Below are positions 8,273 through 21,800 of a DNA stretch of 64,000 nucleotides, piece after piece. This stretch comes from Narcine bancroftii (lineage: Eukaryota). The notes under the pieces are model-generated. The model did not search any database. It was not told the DNA's origin and worked only from the letters and a program-made list of their open reading frames with translations. The first letter of the stretch is position 1; the number at the start of each line of letters is the position of its first letter. The DNA lies in the NCBI RefSeq assembly GCF_036971445.1, contig NC_091476.1:81964001-82028000 (forward strand). The letters run 5' to 3'. The position numbers were made by a program, and so were the translations under genes.

Positions 8273-11200
8273 GTGTCCCTGCCTCGGGAGCGTGTGACGG
8301 GATGGTGCTTCGCTCTGTGTGACTGGACAGGACTTCACTCTGTCTCCCCGTCCCTGGAGTGTTTGACGGGACGGGGCGACCCTTTGTGTGATGGGACGGG
8401 GCGATGCTACGTGCCTCCGCCCCAGCATTGTGCGACGGGATGGTGCCTCACTCTCTTCCCTGCCCTGGGAGTGTGACGGGACGGGGCTTCGCTCCGTGTG
8501 ACATATAGGGGCTTCGCTCCGTGTGACGGGAGAGGACGAGGATTTGCTCTGCGTAACGGGACAGGGCCTCGCTCTTTGTGACGGGACCGGGATTTACTCT
8601 GTGTCCCGGCCCCGGGAGTGTGTGAAGGGTTGGAGCTTTGCTCTGTGTCCCCACCCCAGGTTTGTGTAACGGTATGGGGCTTTGCTCTGTGTGACGGGAC
8701 GGGGCTTTGCTCTGAGTGACGGGACGGGGCTTTGCTCTGTGTGACGGGATGGGTCTTCACTCTGTGTGACGGGATGGGGCTTCTCTCTGTGTGACGAGAC
8801 GGGGCTTCGCTCCTCGTGACGGGACGGGGCTTCGCTCCTCGTGACGGGACGGGGCTTGCTCCTTGTGACGGGACAGGGCTTCTCTCCTCGTGACGGGACG
8901 GGGCTTCGCTCCACGTGACGGGACGGGGCTTCGCTCCTCGTGACGGGACGGGGCTTCGCTCCTCGTGACGGGACGGGGCTTCGCTCCTCGTGACGGGACG
9001 GGGCTTCGCTCTTTGTGACGGGACGGGGCTTCGCTCCTCGTGACGGGACGGGGCTTTGCTCCTCGTGACGGGACGGGGCTTCGCTCCACGTGACGGGATG
9101 GGGCTTCCCTCCTCGTGACGGGACTGGGCTTCGCTCCTCTTGACGGGACGCGGCTTCGCTCCTCGTGACGGTACGGGGCTTCGCTCCTTGTGACTGGACG
9201 GGGCTTCGCTCATCGTGACGGGACGGGGCTTTGCTCCTCGTGAAGGGACGGGGCTACGCTCCTCGTGACGGGACGGGGCTTCACTCCTCCTGACGGGACG
9301 GGTCTTCGCTCCTCGTGACGGGACGGGGCTTCCATCCTCGTGACGGGACGGGGCTTCCCTCCTCGTGACGGGACGGGGCTTCGCTCCTTGTCCCTGCCAT
9401 GGGAATGTGTGACGGGAATGGGCTTCGCTCTGTGTGACGGTATGGGACTTCACTCTGTCTCCCCGCCCCTGGAGTGTGTGAAGGGTTCGGGTTTGCTCTG
9501 AGTCCCTGCCCCAGGTGTGTGTGACGGGACGGGACGGGGCTTCGCTCCGTGTGACGGAAGGGACTTCGTTCCGTGTGACGGGACGGGGCTTCGCTCCGTG
9601 TGACGGGACGGGGCTTTGCTCCGTGTGACGGGACGGGTCTTCGCTCCATGTGGGACGGGACTTCGCTCGTGTGACAGGACGGTGCTTCGGTCCGTGTGAT
9701 GGAAGGGACTTCGTTCCGTGTGACGGGACGGGGCTTCGCTCCGTGTGACGGGACGGGGCTTTGCTCCGTGTGACGGGACGGGTCTTCGCTCCGTGTGGGA
9801 CTTTGCTCGTGTGACAGGACGGTGCTTCGGTCCGTGTCACGGGACGGGGCTGCGCTCCATGTGACGGAACGATGGCTTCTCTCCTTGTGACGTGACGGGG
9901 CATCTCTCCTCGTGACGGGACGGGGCTTCTCTCCTTGTGACGGGACGGGGCTTCGCTCCTTGTGACGGGACAGGGCTTCGCTCCGTGTGACGGGACAGGG
10001 TGAGACTTTACTCTGTGTGACGGGTCAGGGCTTTATTCTGTGTCCCTGCCTCGGGAGAGTGTGACGGGATGGTGCTTCGCTCTGTGTGACTGGACAGGAC
10101 TTCACTCTGTCTCCCCGTCCCTGGAGTGTTTGACGGGACGGGGCGACCCTTTGTGTGACGGGACGTGGCGACGCTACGTGACTCCGCTCCAGCATTGTGT
10201 GATGGGATGGCGCTTCAATCTCTGTCCCTGCCCCGGGAGTGTGACGGGACGGGGCTCCAGTCCGTGTAAAGGGTCGGGGCTTCGCTCCGTGTGACGGGAG
10301 TGGACGAGGCTTTGCTCTGTGTGACGGAATGGGGATTTACTCTGTGTCCCTGCCCCGGGAGTGTGTGAAGGGTTGGGGCTTTGTTCTGTGTGACGGGATG
10401 GGTCTTCACTCTGTGTGAAGGGACGGGGCTTCTCTCTGTGTGACGTGACGGGGCTTCGCTCCTCGTGACGGTACGGGGCTTCGCTCCTCGTGATGGGACA
10501 GGGCTTTGCTCTGTGTCCCTGCCCCGGGAATGTGTGAAGGGTTGGGGCTTTGCTCTGTGTCTACACCCCAGGTATGTGTGAAGGGACGGGGCTTTGCTCT
10601 GTGTGACGGGACGGCTTTGCTCTGTGTGACGGGACGGGGCTTTGCTCTGCCTGACGGGATGGGATTTCACTCTGTGTGACGGGAAGGGGCTTCTCTCTGT
10701 GTGAAGGGACGGGGCTTCGCTCTACGTGACGGGACAGGACTTTGCTCCATGTGACGGGTCGGGGCTTCGCAGCGTGTGACGGGACGGTGCTTTGCTCCGT
10801 GTGACGGGATGTGGCTTCGATCCGTATGACGGGACGGGGCTTCGCTCTTCGTGACGGGACGCGGCTTCACTCTGTTTCACCGCCCCTGGAGTTTTTGGCG
10901 GGACGGGGCGACGCTTTGTGTGATTGGACGGGGCGATGCTACGTGCCTCCGCCCCAGCATTGTGCGACGGGATGGTGCTTCACTCTCTGTCCCTGCCCCG
11001 GGAGTGTGACGGGACGGGGATTCGCTCCGTGTGACGTATAGGTGCTTCGCTCCGTGTGACGGGAGAGGACGAGGATTTGCTCTGCGTAACGGGACAGGGC
11101 CTCGCTCTTTGTGACGGGACCGGGATTTACTCTGTGTCCCGGCCCCGTGAGTGTGTGAAGGGTTGGAGCTTTGCTCTGTGTCCCCACCCCAGGTTTGTGT

Positions 11201-14200
11201 GACGGGATGGGGCTTTGCTCTGTGTGACGGGACGGGGCTTTGCTCTGTGTGACGGGATGGGGCTTTGCTCTGTGTGACGGGATGGGTCTTCACTCTGTGT
11301 GAGGTGACGGGGCTTCTATCTGTGTGACGAGACGGGGCTTCGCTCCACGTGACGGGACGGGGCTTTGCTCCTCGTGACGGGACGGGGCTTCGCTCCTCGT
11401 GACGGGACGGGGCTTCGCTCTTTGTGACGGGACGGGGCTTCGCTCCTCGTGACGGGACGGGACTTCGCTCCTCGTGACGGGACGGGGCTTCGCTCCTCTT
11501 GACGGGTCGGGGCTTCGCTCCTCGTGACGGGACGGGGCTTCGCTCCTCGTGACGGGACGGGGCTTCGATCCGTATGACGGGACGGGGCTTCGCTCTGCGT
11601 GACGGGACGCGGCTTCACTCCGTTTCACCGCCCCTGGAGTTTTTGGCGGGACGGGGCGATGCTTTGTGTGATGGGACGGGGCGATGCTACGTGCCTCCGC
11701 CCCAGCATTGTGCGACGGGATGGTGCCTCACTCTCTTCCCTGCCCTGGGAGTGTGACGGGACGGGGCTTCGCTCCGTGTGACATATAGGGGCTTCGATCC
11801 GTGTGACGGGAGAGGACGAGGATTTGCTCTGCGTAACGGGACAGGGCCTCGCTCTTTGTGACGGGACCGGGATTTACTCTGTGTCCCGGCCCCGGGAGTG
11901 TGTGAAGGGTTGGAGCTTTGCTCTGTGTCCCCACCCCAGGTTTGTGTAACGGTATGGGGCTTTGCTCTGTGTGACGGGACGGGGCTTTGCTCTGTGTGAC
12001 GGGACGGGGCTTTGCTCTGTGTGACGGGATGGGTCTTCACTCTGTGTGACGGGACGGGGCTTCTCTCTGTGTGACGAGACGGGGCTTCGCTCCACGTGAC
12101 GGGACGGGACTTCGCTCCTCGTGACGGGACGGGGCTTCGCTCCTCGTGACGGGACGGGGCTTCGCTCCTCGTGACGGGACGGGGCTTCGCTCCGTGTGAC
12201 GGAAGGGACTTCGTTGCGTGTGACGGGACGGGGCTTCGCTCCGTGTGACGGGACGGGGCTTTGCTCCGTGTGACGGGACGGGTCTTCGCTCGGTGTGGGA
12301 CGGGACTTCGCTCGTGTGACAGGACGGTGCTTCGGTCCGTGTCACGGGATGGTGTTCGCTCCGTGTGACGGGACGGGGCTTCGCTCCGTGTGACGGGACG
12401 GCGCTTTCCTCTGTGTGACGGGACGGGGCTTTGCTCCGTGTTACGGGATGGGGCTGCGCTCTGTGTGACGGGACGGGGCTGCGCTTCGTGTGATGGGACG
12501 GGGCTGCGCTCCATGTGACGGGACGATGGCTTCTCTCCTTGTGACGGGACGGGGCATCTCTCCTCGTGACGGGACGGGGCTTCTCTCCTTGTGACGGGAC
12601 GGGGCTTCGCTCCTTGTGACGGGACAGGGCTTCGCTCCGTGTGACGGGACAGGGTGAGACTTTACTCTGTGTGACGGGTCAGGGCTTTATTCTGTGTCCC
12701 TGCCTCGGGAGCGTGTGACGGGATGGTGCTTCGCTCTGTGTGACTGGACAGGACTTCACTCTGTCTCCCCGTCCCTGGAGTGTTTGACGGGACGGGGCGA
12801 CCCTTTGTGTGATGGGACGGGGCGATGCTACGTGCCTCCGCCCCAGCATTGTGCGACGGGATGGTGCCTCACTCTCTTCCCTGCCCTGGGAGTGTGACGG
12901 GACGGGGCTTCGCTCCGTGTGACATATAGGGGCTTCGCTCCGTGTGACGGGAGAGGACGAGGATTTGCTCTGCGTAACGGGACAGGGCCTCGCTCTTTGT
13001 GACGGGACCGGGATTTACTCTGTGTCCCGGCCCCGGGAGTGTGTGAAGGGTTGGAGCTTTGCTCTGTGTCCCCACCCCAGGTTTGTGTAACGGTATGGGG
13101 CTTTGCTCTGTGTGACGGGACGGGGCTTTGCTCTGTGTGACGGGACGGGGCTTTGCTCTGTGTGACGGGATGGGTCTTCACTCTGTGTGACGGGATGGGG
13201 CTTCTCTCTGTGTGACGAGACGGGGCTTCGCTCCTCGTGACGGGACGGGGCTTCGCTCCTCGTGACAGGACGGGGCTTGCTCCTTGTGACGGGACAGGGC
13301 TTCTCTCCTCGTGACGGGACGGGGCTTCGCTCCACGTGACGGGACGGGGCTTCGCTCCTCGTGACGGGACGGGGCTTCGCTCCTCGTGACGGGACGGGGC
13401 TTCGCTCCTCGTGACGGGACGGGGCTTCGCTCTTTGTGACGGGACGGGGCTTCGCTCCTCGTGACGGGACGGGGCTTCGCTCCTCGTGACGGGACGGGGC
13501 TTCGCTCCACGTGACGGGATGGGGCTTCCCTCCTCGTGACGGGACTGGGCTTCGCTCCTCTTGACGGGACGCGGCTTCGCTCCTCGTGACGGTACGGGGC
13601 TTCGCTCCTTGTGACTGGACGGGGCTTCGCTCATCGTGACGGGACGGGGCTTTGCTCCTCGTGAAGGGACGGGGCTACGCTCCTCGTGACGGGACGGGGC
13701 TTCACTCCTCCTGACGGGACGGGTCTTCGCTCCTCGTGACGGGACGGGGCTTCCATCCTCGTGACGGGACGGGGCTTCCCTCCTCGTGACGGGACGGGGC
13801 TTCGCTCCTTGTCCCTGCCATGGGAATGTGTGACGGGAATGGGCTTCGCTCTGTGTGACGGTATGGGACTTCACTCTGTCTCCCCGCCCCTGGAGTGTGT
13901 GAAGGGTTCGGGTTTGCTCTGAGTCCCTGCCCCAGGTGTGTGTGACGGGACGGGACGGGGCTTCGCTCCGTGTGACGGAAGGGACTTCGTTCCGTGTGAC
14001 GGGACGGGGCTTCGCTCCGTGTGACGGGACGGGGCTTTGCTCCGTGTGACGGGACGGGTCTTCGCTCCATGTGGGACGGGACTTCGCTCGTGTGACAGGA
14101 CGGTGCTTCGGTCCGTGTGATGGAAGGGACTTCGTTCCGTGTGACGGGACGGGGCTTCGCTCCGTGTGACGGGACGGGGCTTTGCTCCGTGTGACGGGAC
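5340..14200. repeat. Recent tandem duplication, 2 x 4421 bp (~5340-9760 and ~9761-14200)
   Basis: Matching ORF entries at a constant +4421 offset (5619>10040, 6390>10811, 7266>11687, 8273>12694, 9281>13702). The offset shifts by 5 bp at ~14220. Boundaries are approximate. Confidence 0.88.
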
Positions 14201-15899
14201 GGGTCTTCGCTCCGTGTGGGACGGGACTTCGCTCGTGTGACAGGACGGTGCTTCGGTCCGTGTCACGGGACGGGGCTGCGCTCCATGTGACGTAACGATG
14301 GCTTCTCTCCTTGTGACGTGACGGGGCATCTCTCCTCGTGACGGGACGGGACTTCTCTCCTTGTGACGGGACGGGGCTTCGCTCCTTGTGACGGGACAGG
14401 GCTTCGCTCCGTGTGACGGGACAGGGTGAGACTTTACTCTGTGTGACGGGTCAGGGCTTTATTCTGTGTCCCTGCCTCGGGAGAGTGTGACGGGATGGTG
14501 CTTCGCTCTGTGTGACTGGACAGGACTTCACTCTGTCTCCCCGTCCCTGGAGTGTTTGACGGGACGGGGCGACCCTTTGTGTGACGGGACGTGGCGACGC
14601 TACGTGACTCCGCTCCAGCATTGTGTGATGGGATGGCGCTTCAATCTCTGTCCCTGCCCCGGGAGTGTGACGGGACGGGGCTCCAGTCCGTGTAAAGGGT
14701 CGGGGCTTCGCTCCGTGTGACGGGAGTGGACGAGTCTTTGCTCTGTGTGACGGAATGGGGATTTACTCTGTGTCCCTGCCCCGGGAGTGTGTGAAGGGTT
14801 GGGGCTTTGTTCTGTGTGACGGGATGGGTCTTCACTCTGTGTGAAGGGACGGGGCTTCTCTCTGTGTGACGTGACGGGGCTTCGCTCCTCGTGACGGTAC
14901 GGGGCTTCGCTCCTCGTGATGGGACAGGGCTTTGCTCTGTGTCCCTGCCCCGGGAATGTGTGAAGGGTTGGGGCTTTGCTCTGTGTCTACACCCCAGGTA
15001 TGTGTGAAGGGACGGGGCTTTGCTCTGTGTGACGGGACGGCTTTGCTCTGTGTGACGGGACGGGGCTTTGCTCTGCGTGACGGGATGGGATTTCACTCTG
15101 TGTGACGGGAAGGGGCTTCTCTCTGTGTGAAGGGACGGGGCTTCGCTCTACGTGACGGGACAGGACTTTGCTCCATGTGACGGGTCGGGGCTTCGCAGCG
15201 TGTGACGGGACGGGGCTTCGCTCTTCGTGACGGGACGCGGCTTCACTCTGTTTTACCGCCCCTGGAGTTTTTGGCGGGACGGCGCGACGCTTTGTGTGAT
15301 TGGACGGGGCGATGCTACGTGCCTCCGCCCCAGCATTGTGCGACGGGATGGTGCTTCACTCTCTGTCCCTGCCCCGGGAGTGTGACGGGACAGGGATTCG
15401 CTCCGTGTGACGTATAGGTGCTTCGCTCCGTGTGACGGGAGAGGACGAGGATTTGCTCTGCGTAACGGGACAGGGCCTCGCTCTTTGTGACGGGAGAGGA
15501 ATTTACTCTGTGTCCCGGCCCCGGGAGTGTGTGAAGGGTTGGAGCTTTGCTCTGTGTCCCCACCCCAGGTTTGTGTGACGGGATGGGGCTTTGCTCTGTG
15601 TGACGGGACGGGGCTTTGCTCTGTGTGACGGGACGGGGCTTTGCTCTGTGTGACGGGATGGGTCTTCACTCTGTGTGATGGGACGGGGCTTCTCTCTGTG
15701 TGACGAGACGGGGCTTCGCTCCACGTGACGGGATGGGACTTCGCTCCTCGTGACGGGACGGGGCTTCGCTCCTCGTGACGGGACGGGGCTTCGCTCTTTG
15801 TGACGGGACAGGGCTTCGCTCCTCGTGACGGGACGGGGCTTGCTCCTCGTGATGGGACGGGGATTCTCTCCTCGTGACGGGTCGGGGCTTCGCTCCACG

Positions 15900-18600
15900 T
15901 GACGGGACGGAGCTTCGCTCCTCGTGACGCGACGGGGCTTCGCTCCTCTTGACGGGACGTGGCTTCGCTCCTTGTGACGGGACGGGGCTTCGCTCCTTGT
16001 CCCTGCCATGGGAGTGTGTGACGGGAAGGGGCTTCGCTCTGTATGACGGTATGGGGCTTCACTCTGTCATCCCGCCCCAGGAGTGTGTGAAGGGTTTGGG
16101 CTTTGCTGTGAGTCCCTGCCCCAGTTGTGTGTGATGGGACAGGACGGGGCATCGCTCCGTGTGATGGAAGGGCTTCGTTCCGTGTGACGGGACTGGGCTT
16201 CGCTCCGCGTGACGGGACGGGGCTTCGCTCCGTGTGACGATACGGGGCTTCGCTCCGTGTGACGGGACGGGGGTTCGCTCCGTGTGACGGGATGGGGCTT
16301 CTCTCCTAGTGACGGGACGGGGCTTCGCTCCTCGTGACGGGACGGGGCTTCGCTCCGTGTGACGGGACAGGGTGAGACTTTGCTCTGTGTGACGGGTGAG
16401 TGTTTTATTCTGTGTCCCTGCCTCGGGAGAGTGTGACGGGACGGTGCTTCGCTCTGTGTGACCTGACAGGGCTTCACTCTGTCTCCCCGTCCCTGGAGTG
16501 TTTGACGGGACGGGGCGACCCTTTGTGTGACGGGACGTGGCGACGCTACGTGTCTGCGCCCCAGCATTGTGTGACGGGATGGCGCTTCACTCTCTGTCCC
16601 TGGCACGGGAGTGTGACGGGACGGGGCTCCAGACCGTGTAAAGGGTCGGGGCTTCGCTCCGTGTGACGGGAGTGGACGAGGCTTCGCTCCGTGTGACGGG
16701 ACGGGGCTTCGCTCCGCGTGACGGATCAGGACTTTGCTCTGTGTCCCTGCCCCGGGAATGTGTGAAGGGTTGTGGCTTTGCTCTGTGTCTACACCCCAGG
16801 TATTTGTGACGGGACGGTGCTTTGCTCTGTGTGACGGGACGGGCTTTGCTCTGTGTGACGGGACGGGGCTTTGATCTGCGTGACGGGACGGGGCTTTGCT
16901 CTGTGTGACGGGAAGGGGATTTGCTCTGTGTGACAGGACGGGGTTTGCTCTGTGTGACGGGATGGGTCTTCACTCTGTGTGACGGGAAGTGGCTTCTCTC
17001 TGTGTGAAGGGACGGGGCTTCGCTCTATGTGACGGGACAGGACTTTGCTCCATGTGACGGGTCGGGTCTTCGCAGTGTGTGACGGGACGGTGCTTCGGTC
17101 CATGTGACGGGTCGCGGCTTCACTCTGTTTCACCGCCCCAGGAGTTTTTGACGGGACGGGGCGACGCTTTGTGTGATGGGACGGGGCAATGCTACGTGCC
17201 TTCGCCCCAGCATTGTGCGACGGGATGGTGCTTCACTCTCTGTCCCTGCCCCGGGAGTGTGGCGGGACGGGGCTTCGCTCCGTGTGACGGATAGGGGCTT
17301 CGCTCCATGTGACGGGAGAGGACGAGGATTTGCTCTGCGTAACGGGACAGGGCCACGCTCTTCGTGACGGGACCGGGATTTACTCTGTGTCCCGGCCCCG
17401 TGAGTGTGTGAAGGGTTGGAGCTTTGCTCTGTGTCCCCACCCCAGGTTTGTGTGACGGGATGGGGCTTTGCTCTGTGTGACGGGACGGGGCTTTGCTCTG
17501 TGTGACGGGACGGGGCTTTGCTCTGTGTGACGGGACGGGGCTTCGATCCGTATGACGGGACGGGGCTTCGCTCTGCGTGACGGGACGCGGCTTCACTCTG
17601 TTTCACCGCCCTTGGAGTTTTAGGCGGGACGGGGCGACGCTTTGTGTGATGGGACGGGGCGATGCTACGTGCCTCCGCCCCAGCATTGTGCGACGGGATG
17701 GTGCCTCACTCTCTTCCCTGCCCTGGGAGTGTGACGGGACGGGGCTTCGCTCCGTGTGACATATAGGGGCTTCGCTCCGTGTGACGGGAGAGGACGAGGA
17801 TTTGCTCTGCGTAACGGGACAGGGCCTCGCTCTTTGTGATGGGACCGGGATTTACTCTGTGTCCCGGCCCCGGGAGTGTGTGAAGGGTTGGAGTTTTGCT
17901 CTGTGTCCCCACCCCAGGTTTGTGTAACGGTATGGGGCTTTGCTCTGTGTGACGGGACGGGGCTTTGCTCTGTGTGACGGGACGGGGCTTCGCTCATCGT
18001 GATGGGACGGGGCTTCGCTCCTCGTGAAGGGACGGGGCTACGCTCCTCGTGACGGGACGGGGCTTCACTCCTCGTGACGGGACGGGTCTTCGCTCCTCGT
18101 GACGGGACGGGGCTTCGATCCTCGTGACGGGACGGGGCTTCCCTCCTCGTGACGGGACGGGGCTTCGCTCCTTGTCCCTGCCATGGGAGTGTGTGACGGG
18201 AATGGGCTTCGCTCTGTGTGACGGTATGGGGCTTCACTCTGTCTCCCCGCCCCTGGAGTGTGTGAAGGGTTCGGGTTTGCTCTGAGTCCCTGCCCCAGGT
18301 GTGTGTGACGGGACGGGACGGGGCTTCGCTCCGTGTGACGGAAGGGACTTCGTTGCGTGTGACGGGACGGGGCTTCGCTCCGTGTGACGGGACGGGGCTT
18401 TGCTCCGTGTGACGGGACGGGTCTTCGCTCGGTGTGGGACGGGACTTCGCTCGTGTGACAGGACGGTGCTTCGGTCCGTGTCACGGGATGGTGTTCGCTC
18501 CGTGTGACGGGACGGGGCTTCGCTCCGTGTGACGGGACGGCGCTTTCCTCTGTGTGACGGGACGGGGCTTTGCTCCGTGTTACGGGATGGGGCTGCGCTC
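15900..18600. repeat. Variant HOR block with private substitutions, copy 1 (copy 2 ~43845-46550; partial copy 3 ~48950-50460)
   Basis: Variants GTCATCCCGCCCC, CCCCAGTTGT, GACGATACGGGG, GGGTCGCGG and GGGGCAATG are seen only in these blocks. ORF offsets are +27944 (15949>43893, 16400>44344, 18065>46009) and +5118 (43893>49011, 45023>50141). Confidence 0.85.
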
Positions 18601-18832
18601 TGTGTGACGGGACGGGGCTGCGCTTCGTGTGACGGGACGGGGCTGCGCTCCATGTGACGGGACGATGGCTTCTCTCCTTGTGACGGGACGGGGCATCTCT
18701 CCTCGTGACGGGACGGGGCTTCTCTCCTTGTGACGGGACGGGGCTTCGCTCCTTGTGACGGGACAGGGCTTCGCTCCGTGTGACGGGACAGGGTGAGACT
18801 TTACTCTGTGTGACGGGTCAGGGCTTTATTCT

Positions 18833-21800
18833 GTGTCCCTGCCTCGGGAGCGTGTGACGGGATGGTGCTTCGCTCTGTGTGACTGGACAGGACTTCACTC
18901 TGTCTCCCCGTCCCTGGAGTGTTTGACGGGACGGGGCGACCCTTTGTGTGACGGGACGTGGCGACGCTACGTGTCTCCGCTCCAGCATTGTGTGATGGGA
19001 TGGCGCTTCAATCTCTGTCCCTGCCCCGGGAGTGTGACGGGACGGGGCTCCAGTCCGTGTAAAGGGTCGGGGCTTCGCTCCGTGTGACGGGTGTGGACGA
19101 GGCTTTGCTCTGTGTGACGGAATGGGGATTTACTCTGTGTCCCTGCCCCGGGAGTGTGTGAAGGGTTGGGGCTTTGTTCTGTGTGACGGGATGGGTCTTC
19201 ACTCTGTGTGAAGGGACGGGGCTTCTCTCTGTGTGACGTGACGGGGCTTCGCTCCTCGTGACGGTACGGGGCTTCGCTCCTCGTGATGGGACAGGGCTTT
19301 GCTCTGTGTCCCTGCCCCGGGAATGTGTGAAGGGTTGGGGCTTTGCTCTGTGTCTACACCCCAGGTATGTGTGAAGGGACGGGGCTTTGCTCTGTGTGAC
19401 GGGACGGCTTTGCTCTGTGTGACGGGACGGGGCTTTGCTCTGCGTGACGGGATGGGATTTCACTCTGTGTGACGGGAAGAGGCTTCTCTCTGTGTGAAGG
19501 GACGGGGCTTCGCTCTACGTGACGGGACAGGACTTTGCTCCATGTGACGGGTCGGGGCTTCGCAGCGTGTGACGGGACGGTGCTTTGCTCCGTGTGACGG
19601 GACGTGGCTTCGATCCGTGTGACGGAACGGGGCTTCGCTCTGCGTGACGGGACGCGGCTTCACTCTGTTTCACCGCCCCTGGAGTTTTTGGCGGGACGGG
19701 GCGACGCTTTGTGTGATTGGACGGGGCGATGCTACGTGCCTCCGCCCCAGCATTGTGCGACGGGATGGTGCTTCACTCTCTGTCCCTGCCCCGGGAGTGT
19801 GACGGGAAGGGGCTTCGCTCCGTGTGACGGGAGAGGACGAGGATTTGCTCTGCGTAACGGGACAGGGCCTCGCTCTTTGTGACGGGACCGGAATTTACTC
19901 TGTGTCCCGGCCCCGGGAGTGTGTGAAGGGTTGGAGCTTTGCTCTGTGTCCCCACCCCAGGTTTGTGTGACGGGATGGGGCTTTGCTCTGTGTGACGGGA
20001 CGGGGCTTTGCTCTGTGTGACGGGACGGGGCTTTGCTCTGTGTGACGGGATGGGTCTTCACTCTGTGTGATGGGACGGGGCTTCTCTCTGTGTGACGAGA
20101 CGGGGCTTCGCTCCACGTGACGGGATGGGACTTCGCTCCTCGTGACGGGACGGGGCTTCGCTCCTCGTGACTGGACGGGGCTTCGCTCCTCGTGACGGGA
20201 CGGGGCGTCGCTCCTCGTGACGGGACGGGGCTTGCTCCTCGTGATGGGACGGGGATTCTCTCCTCGTGACGGGACGGGGCTTCGCTCCACGTGACGGGAC
20301 GGAGCTTCGCTCCTCGTGACGCGACGGGGCTTCGCTCCTCTTGACGGGACGGGGCTTAGCTCCTTGTGACGGGACGGGGCTTCGCTCCTTGTCCCTGCCA
20401 TGGGAGTGTGTGACGGGAAGTGGCTTCGCTCTGTATGACGGTATGGGGCTTCACTCTGTCTTCCCGCCCCAGGAGTGTGTGAAGGGTTGGGGCTTTGCTG
20501 TGAGTCCCTGCCCCAGGTGTGTGTGATGGGACGGGACGGGGCATCGCTCCGTGTGATGGAAGGGCTTCGTTCCGTGTGACGGGACGGGGCTTCGCTCCGC
20601 GTGACGTGACGGGGCTTCGCTCCGTGTGACGGGACGGGGCTTAGCTCCGTGTGACGGGACGGGGGTTCGCTCCGTGTGACGGGATGGGGCTTCTCTCCTA
20701 GTTACGGGACGGGGCTTCGCTCCTTGTGACGGGACGGGGCTTCGCTCCGTGTGACGGGACAGGGTGAGACTTTGCTCTGTGTGACGGGTGAGGGTTTTAT
20801 TCTGTGTCCCTGCTTCGGGAGAGTGTGACGGGACGGTGCTTCGCTCTGTGAGACCTGACAGGGCTTCACTCTGTCTCCCCGTCCCTGGAGTGTTTGACGG
20901 GACGGGGCGACCCTTTGTGTGACGGGACGTGGCGACGCTACGTGTCTGCGCCCCAGCATTGTGTGACGGGATGGCGCTTCACTCTCTGTCCCTGGCACGG
21001 GAGTGTGACGGGACGGGGCTCCAGACCGTGTAAAGGGTCGGGGCTTCGCTCCGTGTGACGGGAGTGGACGAGGCTTCGCTCCGTGTGACGGGACGGGGCT
21101 TCGCTCCGCGTGACGGATCAGGACTTTGCTCTTTGTCCCTGCCCCGGGAATGTGTGAAGGGTTGGGGCTTTGCTCTGTGTCTACACCCCAGGTATTTGTG
21201 ACGGGACGGGGCTTTGCTCTGTGTGACGGGACGGGCTTTGCTCTGTGTGACGGGACGGGGCTTTGATCTGCGTGACGGGACGGGGCTTTGCTCTGTGTGA
21301 CGGGAAGGGGATTTGCTCTGTGTGACAGGACGGGGTTTGCTCTGTGTGACGGGATGGGTCTTCACTCTGTGTGACGGGAAGTGGCTTCTCTCTGTGTGAA
21401 GGGACGGGGCTTCGCTCTATGTGACGGGACAGGACTTTGCTCCATGTGACGGGTCGGGTCTTCGCAGTGTGTGACGGGACGGTGCTTCGCTCCGTGTGAC
21501 GGGACGTGGCTTCGATCCGTATGACAAGACGGGGCTTCACTCTGCGTGACGGGACGCGGCTTCACTCTGTTTCACCGCCCCAGGAGTTTTTGACGGGACG
21601 GGGCGACGCTTTGTGTGATGGGACGGGGCGATGCTACGTGCCTTCGCCCCAGCATTGTGCGACGGGATGGTGCTTCACTCTCTGTCCCTGCCCCGGGAGT
21701 GTGACGGGACGGGGCTTCGCTCCGTGTGACGGATAGGGGCTTCGCTCCGTGTGACGGGAGAGGACGAGGATTTGCTCTGCGTAACGGGACAGGGCCTCGC

